64,000 nt of DNA from an uncultured bacterium. GTDB lineage: Bacteria > Patescibacteriota > Microgenomatia > Levybacterales > UBA12049. The stretch lies in assembly GCA_963826535.1 (NCBI GenBank), contig CAWGXL010000011.1, positions 642,080 through 706,079 of the forward strand, written 5' to 3'. The notes beneath the pieces were generated by a model. It saw nothing but the letters and a program-made list of their open reading frames with translations, ran no database searches and had not been told where the DNA came from. Both the position numbers and the translations under genes were made by a program. This document shows, piece after piece, positions 58,326 through 64,000 of the stretch (the first letter of the stretch is position 1; each line of letters starts with the position of its first letter).

Positions 58326-59339
58326 ATGAGAAATATAATTTTAGAGGAGCTTCTAGAAGCAGGATGCCATTTCGGTCATCAAGTTACCCGCCAGAACCCA
58401 AAGGCCAAAGATTTCATTTTTGAAGCCCGCGACAATATCCATATTATTGATCTTGAAAAGACTGAGGAGTGGCTTAAAGAGGCTGCGAATTATATTAAAA
58501 ATTTGGCAAAAAATGGCGGAACGCTTTTGATTCTGGGTACTAAGCGGCAAGCACAATCGGTGCTTGATGAAGAAATTAAAAAGCTGACGGACTCGGGGGG
58601 AGATGGAATTTATTGGGTTACGAAACGATGGATCGGCGGTACATTTACTAATTTACCGGAAGTCTCGAAAAATTATAAGAAGTTGAAAGACCTGGAAAAG
58701 CGTCTGAGGGATGAGAATGAAAAGGCATTGTTTACAAAACGTGAAGTCGGAGAATGGGATAAAGAAAGACAGAAACTGGAAGGATTTTATGGAGGCGTTG
58801 TCGCAATGACTAAAATTCCGGACGCGATTTATATTATTGATACGCATATGGAAAACTCAGCGATTCGTGAGGCTATCGCAATGAATATTAAGACTGTCGG
58901 AATTACTGATACGAACGCGGATCCGACAATTATTGACTATCCGATTCCGGCGAATGATGACGCCGTAGGATCGATTAAATTGATTACTGAGTATATATTG
59001 GATGCATGGAAAGAAGGAAGAAAGATTAGGGATTTGAATGTTGAAACCCAATCTACCCAGCACAGCGGGGCAGGTGCAATTTCAGGACATGATTCAGAAT
59101 TAAAGGAAGGAAAAAAGAGTGAGAAAGAAGAGGTAAAAGCGCAAAAAAGTGAAAAAGTAAAAGAAGAAACTACCCCAAAGAAGGACCTGCCTCTTCGGCA
59201 GGCAGGGGTAGAAGAAAAGCCTAAAGAGCAAAAAGCCACCGCAAAAAAGAAATCTACTGTAAAGAAAGAGAAGAAAATCACTGGAGAAAAGGAGACCAAG
59301 AAAAAAGCTACTTCTAAAAAGAAGGTAGAAAAAAAGTAA
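58326..59339 (+). CDS. rpsB: 30S ribosomal protein S2 with ~100-aa Lys-rich C-terminal extension
   Basis: LLEAGCHFGHQVTRQNPKAKDFIF S2 N-terminus. Start at ATG 58326 with an AAAGGGA SD. Confidence 0.9.
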   Translation: MRNIILEELLEAGCHFGHQVTRQNPKAKDFIFEARDNIHIIDLEKTEEWLKEAANYIKNLAKNGGTLLILGTKRQAQSVLDEEIKKLTDSGGDGIYWVTKRWIGGTFTNLPEVSKNYKKLKDLEKRLRDENEKALFTKREVGEWDKERQKLEGFYGGVVAMTKIPDAIYIIDTHMENSAIREAIAMNIKTVGITDTNADPTIIDYPIPANDDAVGSIKLITEYILDAWKEGRKIRDLNVETQSTQHSGAGAISGHDSELKEGKKSEKEEVKAQKSEKVKEETTPKKDLPLRQAGVEEKPKEQKATAKKKSTVKKEKKITGEKETKKKATSKKKVEKK

Positions 59340-59444
59340 TTTGTGTCATTGCGAAGCCTTGAAAAGGCTGTGGCAATCCGGTACTAGTTTGCATTACCTC
59401 ACAGGATTGCTTCGTCATTTAATTCCTCGCAATGACAATAAAAT

Positions 59445-59900
59445 ATGGCGCAGATCGATCTTAAATTATTAAAAAAACTTAGAGATGTGACTTCGGCATC
59501 AATTGCGGATTGCAGGTTAGCACTTGAAGAAACAGGCGGAGATTATGGTAAGGCTTTGACATGGCTTAAAAAGCGAGTGTTAGATAAGGCCGAGAAAAAG
59601 GCGGATCGTGCGACCTCGCAGGGTATAATTGAGGCATATATTCATCAGGGAGGGAAAGTCGGAGTATTGGTTGAGGTACTTTGTGAGACTGATTTTGTAG
59701 CCAAGACCGATGAATTTAAGCAGCTTAGTCGCGAGTTGGCAATGCAAGTTGCGGCAATGAATCCTAAAGATGTTGCGGAACTTTTGAAACAAGAGTATAT
59801 TAGAGATAATTCACAGTCGATTGGACAATTTGTTAAGAGTGTTATTGGTAAGTTGGGGGAGAATATTATTGTTAAGAGGTTTTCGAGGTTTGAAATATAA
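59445..59900 (+). CDS. tsf: Elongation factor Ts (short form)
   Basis: LKKLRDVTSASIADCRLALEETGGDYGKALTWLKKR UBA-like N-terminal domain. ~151 aa. Confidence 0.8.
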   Translation: MAQIDLKLLKKLRDVTSASIADCRLALEETGGDYGKALTWLKKRVLDKAEKKADRATSQGIIEAYIHQGGKVGVLVEVLCETDFVAKTDEFKQLSRELAMQVAAMNPKDVAELLKQEYIRDNSQSIGQFVKSVIGKLGENIIVKRFSRFEI

Positions 59901-60042
59901 ATAAAAAAATTCAAAATCCAAAATTCCAAATCCTAAATAATATCAAAATTCAAATAATTAAATACAAAACATGTTTTGATATTTGAATTTAAATATTTGA
60001 ATTTATTTGGAATTTGTTATTTTGGATTTGTGATTTAAATTT
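59901..60042. repeat. Long AT-rich imperfect palindrome in the tsf-frr spacer (AAATTCAAA/TTTGAATTT words)
   Basis: Approximately 60-nt arms centred on ...aaatacaaaacatgttttgatattt... Confidence 0.6.
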
Positions 60043-60594
60043 ATGGATCCACTTGCTGTAACTACTAAAAAGAAGATTACTAAGGTTTTGGATTTGATCA
60101 AGGGTGATCTTGCTACTATACGAACCGGGCGTGCTGCCCCTGTATTGGTTGAGTCTATTGTTATCCCTGTTTATGGCGGTTCGACTAAGCTCAAAGTTTT
60201 GGAGCTTGCGACGGTTGGTGTATCTGATCCACATACTCTAGTTCTTAGCCCATTTGATCCATCTATTATTAATGAAATCCAGAAAGGTATTCAGGAGGCG
60301 AATGTTGGTTTGACTCCGGTGGTTGACGGCCAGGTGATCAGGGTCAGTATTCCGCCATTGTCTCAGGAGCGGCGGGAGGAGTTGATAAAGGCTATGCGTC
60401 ATAAACTTGAGAATGGGCGGATAATGGTGCGACAGATGAGGCATGATGCAATGACGGAAATTAAAAAAGAATACGCAGGGCGCGAAGATGATATAAGCCG
60501 GTTGGAAAAAGAAGTGCAAAGGCTTGTTGATGAGACGATGGAGATGATTGATGAATTAGGCGCGCAGAAGGAAAAAGAATTGCTGCAGATATAA
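60043..60594 (+). CDS. frr: Ribosome recycling factor
   Basis: ...IRTGRAAPVLVESIVIPVYGG...LTPVVDGQVIRVSIPPLSQERREEL... RRF signature. Confidence 0.9.
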   Translation: MDPLAVTTKKKITKVLDLIKGDLATIRTGRAAPVLVESIVIPVYGGSTKLKVLELATVGVSDPHTLVLSPFDPSIINEIQKGIQEANVGLTPVVDGQVIRVSIPPLSQERREELIKAMRHKLENGRIMVRQMRHDAMTEIKKEYAGREDDISRLEKEVQRLVDETMEMIDELGAQKEKELLQI

Positions 60595-60710
60595 CTTCGA
60601 AAAAATTCCTAATTGTTCTAATTTCTGATTGTTCATTAAGAAGATTAATAATTACCTATTAATATAAGGTTTTACAAAATAAATCAAGCAAAAATTCATT
60701 ACCGGATCAT

Positions 60711-61673
60711 TTAGTAAGTAGGAATTGGAGTTGAAGTATCGTTACAGTTTGATATAGTGAAATCTTCACTCCAAAAAGTTTCCGCCGAGGTTCCATTGAT
60801 AACAGCGTCTGCTCCCAGTCGATATATACCAGATCTTCCGGTTATATTATTTACTGATTCAACTTCGCCGATTGTCCATGCGTATGATCCTCTCAGTTTG
60901 GAATCGGGGTCACTTGAGTCAATTTGCATACCGGAATTAAGTGTCTGAAAAGGTTTAAGCCAGTATGTTTTTTTATCCAGTGAATAAAATAATGATAGCC
61001 GAACACCTGTTATGTTGTTATCAGCCTCCCATTCTATTAGGTATGGTTGACCTAGGCAAAGCGTTTCCTGAAATTGGGGCTTTTTAATAATAAAAGGCTC
61101 TGAAATAATCACTTCTTCTGTCACTTCAACATACTCATCTTCATACTCTACGTCATAATTTTCTTCTTCGGAGTAATCCGAATAAACTTTTCTATTTTCT
61201 ATTCTATTATAGCTTGGGATTTCATAGGTAATACAGTCATAGCCTTTATTGTGATTGTTTTGAGTGTAGTAGTTATTATAAATTTCTTTTGAGCCTGGAG
61301 TAATTTTTTTTATCTTTTCAGTTGAGAAGACGGCGCACAGCTGGTAACCGTAACTTGAAAGTATTTTATAATCATATGGTTGATTTGTTTCAGGGTCCAC
61401 AGGGGAAGTCCCTAAATTTTTTGGGAATTCGTAATTATTGTCTATATAGTAATCTGCAATTTCGTTTTGTATTTCGGAAAAATCTGACAGCCGTTTTTGA
61501 TCAAGAGATAATCCTTTTCGATTAGAGGCTCCGATTAAAGAAGCGCTAATAACTAACAGTAGACAGAGAAGTCCTACGATAGCGCGAATTGATGTCGATG
61601 ATAAAAGATGCGTATAAGACAACCGAGAGGGTTGCGGGGTTGAAGAACTAATGTTGGAGGTATTCTCTGTCAT
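60711..61673 (-). CDS. Hypothetical membrane-anchored secreted protein
   Basis: N-terminal TM; no motif. Confidence 0.4.
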   Translation of the reverse strand: MTENTSNISSSTPQPSRLSYTHLLSSTSIRAIVGLLCLLLVISASLIGASNRKGLSLDQKRLSDFSEIQNEIADYYIDNNYEFPKNLGTSPVDPETNQPYDYKILSSYGYQLCAVFSTEKIKKITPGSKEIYNNYYTQNNHNKGYDCITYEIPSYNRIENRKVYSDYSEEENYDVEYEDEYVEVTEEVIISEPFIIKKPQFQETLCLGQPYLIEWEADNNITGVRLSLFYSLDKKTYWLKPFQTLNSGMQIDSSDPDSKLRGSYAWTIGEVESVNNITGRSGIYRLGADAVINGTSAETFWSEDFTISNCNDTSTPIPTY

Positions 61674-61693
61674 ATATATACGATCTCGTAATT

Positions 61694-61714
61694 GTTGACA
61701 ATTGTCAAGTATAA
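61694..61714. promoter_or_regulatory. Perfect palindrome TTGACAATTGTCAA abutting TATAAT between divergent genes
   Basis: ttgacaattgtcaagtataat; candidate operator/bidirectional promoter. Confidence 0.4.
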
Positions 61715-61729
61715 TGTTCTACTTAAAGT

Positions 61730-62944
61730 ATGGTTGAGAATAAGCAGATTGAAAAGTGGCTTAAGGAGGGGACAGTTACACAGGAACAGGCAAATAAAAT
61801 GCTTAAGGATAATACTGAGCATGAAAAAGATAAAAGCTCCAACAATTTTATTATCACAATTTCAACCATAGGCTCAGTATTGTTAGGAGTTGGTGCAATA
61901 CTATTTATCGCATCTAATTGGGATAAGCTTCCGGATTTACTAAAAACGTTTATTTTGGCCGGTAGTACATTTGCTTCATATTATGTGGGTTACCTCTTTA
62001 AATATCAGAAAAAAAATCTTCCTATTGTTGGTTCTGCTCTTCTGTTTTTGGGCGGTATTTTATTTGGAGCAACACTTTTCCTTCTTGCGCAAATATACCA
62101 CATTGAAGCGAATAGTCATACAATTGCTTTGCTTTGGTTAATCGGTATTTTGCCGTTTGTATATGCTTTTATTTCTGTTGAGATGGCCGGACTATCATTA
62201 TTCGTATTTTATCTTTGGATCGGACTATTCGTTTTGCAAGATACAGGCTTTTCATTATTTGGATTTTCTGATGGTTCATCAGAAACTAATAATATTTACT
62301 ACTTGCCTATTCTATATTTGGTTATGAGCCTAGCATTGTTTGGCATAGGAGGATTGCATTACTTTTCAGATAAGTTTAAAAAAGTGGCAAGGATTTACAG
62401 ACTTTTTGGAATACAGTTTTCTATGCTAGTTCTTTTTTTACTCAGCTTCAGATATTATTCAGGCGATTATGATGGGTATAGTTTCAGGGGGGATAATTTA
62501 CCATCTGAGACTTTCACTATTACTTTGACATTGCTTGCAATTATGGCAATAATTACATTTATTATAAATGTTAAGTATAATCCCTCAAAATCCCGGGCAC
62601 CCGGCATAGAATACTTTACGGCATTAATCTTAACTGTACTTGCTCTGATTTTTTTCAACTTCCCGGCGGACAATAATATTTATGTAATTTTGTTTAATCT
62701 TGTATTGGCCGGAATAATATTCCTACTTCTTCAGCAGGGTTATTTCAGACAAGATATGGCGATTGTTAATACCGGTATATTTTTCTTTGTAATTTTTGTA
62801 CTCGCAAAATATTTCGATTTCTTCTGGACACTGCTTGACAGATCCTTATTTTTTGTGATCGGAGGAGCGATTTTACTTATAGGCGGGATTTTTCTTGAAG
62901 GGAAACGGAGAGAGATCAAGGCAAGATTCACACAGCATAAATGA
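61730..62944 (+). CDS. Polytopic membrane protein (DUF2157-like)
   Basis: ~10 TM segments. Sits upstream of a GDYXXLXY protein, the pairing seen for DUF2157. Confidence 0.5.
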   Translation: MVENKQIEKWLKEGTVTQEQANKMLKDNTEHEKDKSSNNFIITISTIGSVLLGVGAILFIASNWDKLPDLLKTFILAGSTFASYYVGYLFKYQKKNLPIVGSALLFLGGILFGATLFLLAQIYHIEANSHTIALLWLIGILPFVYAFISVEMAGLSLFVFYLWIGLFVLQDTGFSLFGFSDGSSETNNIYYLPILYLVMSLALFGIGGLHYFSDKFKKVARIYRLFGIQFSMLVLFLLSFRYYSGDYDGYSFRGDNLPSETFTITLTLLAIMAIITFIINVKYNPSKSRAPGIEYFTALILTVLALIFFNFPADNNIYVILFNLVLAGIIFLLLQQGYFRQDMAIVNTGIFFFVIFVLAKYFDFFWTLLDRSLFFVIGGAILLIGGIFLEGKRREIKARFTQHK

Positions 62945-63474
62945 AAAATCATAAAAGGTTTTTGCTCCTTGGGCTTTTTTGGTTGATAATTATCTTGGTT
63001 TTTATAGGGTTTAAGGAATATACACTTCGTACCGGACGTGAGGTATTTTTAAAAACTGAACCTGTTGACCCACGGGATTTATTCAGGGGTGATTATGTTG
63101 TGCTCAACTATGAAATCAGTTCTCTTGACTTTGTTAAGCTTGGTGGTGAAAGTCAGGGTGAGTTTATTCGGGGAGAAGATATATATGTAGAGCTTGACCC
63201 GAAAAGTAAATGCGCATCACCTCTTGGAATTTATAGATCTAAGCCAAACGCAGAACTTTATATAAAAGGTAAAATTAGACGTATTTCCGATGATGTAATA
63301 ACGGACCCAATTATTACAGTGGAATATGGTATTGAAAATTATTTTGTGCCGGAAGGGACAGGACGGGATATTGAGAATCTGGGAGGAAACGATCTGGTGG
63401 TAAGGGCATCTGTGGATAAATTTGGGACTGCTGCGATTAAAGCAATATCAATAAAAGGGAACGAATGTAGATAG
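62941..63474 (+). CDS. GDYXXLXY-domain protein
   Basis: N-terminal TM and an RGDYVVLNYEIS motif. Confidence 0.55.
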   Translation: MKNHKRFLLLGLFWLIIILVFIGFKEYTLRTGREVFLKTEPVDPRDLFRGDYVVLNYEISSLDFVKLGGESQGEFIRGEDIYVELDPKSKCASPLGIYRSKPNAELYIKGKIRRISDDVITDPIITVEYGIENYFVPEGTGRDIENLGGNDLVVRASVDKFGTAAIKAISIKGNECR

Positions 63475-63499
63475 AAAGAATTTCTGTTATAATTGATTT

Positions 63500-64000
63500 C
63501 ATGTTATTAACCGCGATTGTTTTTTTGTTAATCCTTACTGTTCTTGTGCTTATTCATGAGGCGGGTCATTTTATTATGGCCAGACGGTACGGGATTAAAG
63601 TGGAGGAATTTGGGTTTGGTTTGCCGCTTTTGCCTGCTATTTTTTCTTTTAAAAGGGGAGAGACTGTTTATTCTCTTTATCCGGCTCTGATTGGAGGTTT
63701 TGTAAAACTTTACGGGGAGGATGAGGCAGGAGCAGGGAGAGTTAAGTTAAAAGTTCCCCACAAGGGGACTACCTTCTCTGAAGGGTCGCAAAGTGAAAAG
63801 TTAAAAGTTGAAGATGACAAGCGGGCGTTTTATGGCAGGCCGGTTTCGCAGAGGGCTGCGGTGGTAGTTGCGGGTGTAGTAATGAATGTGATTTTGGCTG
63901 TGGTGATTTATTATGTTTTTATGTTTGTCAGTAATTTTAAGACAGAACTGCCTGTATATCCGCCGGGGATAAATGTTCCAAATTTTTATCTTGTAAATCA
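63500..64000 (+). CDS. rseP: Site-2 protease RseP (M50 zinc metalloprotease), 5' part; contains an in-frame repeat insertion
   Basis: TM1 with HEAGHFIMARRYG (HExxH). Continues beyond the window. Confidence 0.65.

Overview
The window is AT-rich, about 35-40% GC, with a few GC-richer patches, and is gene-dense. Its gene content fits a Candidate Phyla Radiation (Patescibacteria-like) bacterium. This assignment is an inference from several traits: ribosomal proteins with lysine-rich extensions, a short EF-Ts, an rpsB-tsf-frr arrangement without pyrH, abundant dockerin/cohesin-like surface proteins, and the elements described below.

Housekeeping content is as follows. The ribosomal/transcription cluster runs secE-nusG-(hypothetical)-rplK-rplA, is interrupted by a GH1 beta-glucosidase and a hypothetical gene, then continues rplJ-rplL. 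There is also an rpsB-tsf-frr cluster and glmS. A complete thymidylate-cycle cluster is present (dcd, tmk, a second dcd/dut-like gene, thyA, folA, glyA), with a four-helix-bundle gene and a DUF4258/DUF2283 pair nested inside it. Four tRNAs are present: Leu-TAA, Ser-TGA, Cys-GCA and Ile-GAT. Two further toxin-antitoxin pairs (HepT/MNT and AbrB/PIN) are present, giving three with the nested DUF4258/DUF2283 pair. Two histidine kinases sit next to a stand-alone receiver. A sortase has a candidate substrate next to it.

Accessory content is as follows.

1. A complete diversity-generating retroelement (DGR) at about 24.2-26.8 kb. It has a DGR-type reverse transcriptase with the LGxxxSQ signature and an Avd-like accessory gene. 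A 108-bp template repeat and its cognate variable repeat sit at the 3' end of a 253-aa target gene. They differ at 15 positions, all of them adenines in the template.

2. A roughly 12-kb tandem array of paralogous minus-strand cell-surface proteins at 29.2-41.4 kb. Domains include cohesin-like, dockerin-like, vWA, Cna-B, parallel beta-helix and PA14. The proteins share signal-anchor N-termini and TTGACA promoters.

3. An intact IS481-family insertion sequence with a 15-bp target-site duplication, inserted upstream of one of two paralogous small membrane-protein genes.

4. Families of short GC-rich palindromic elements. Some copies sit in frame inside folA, rseP and a histidine kinase.

5. Long AT-rich imperfect palindromes in ribosomal-operon spacers.

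No CRISPR array and no rRNA genes were seen.
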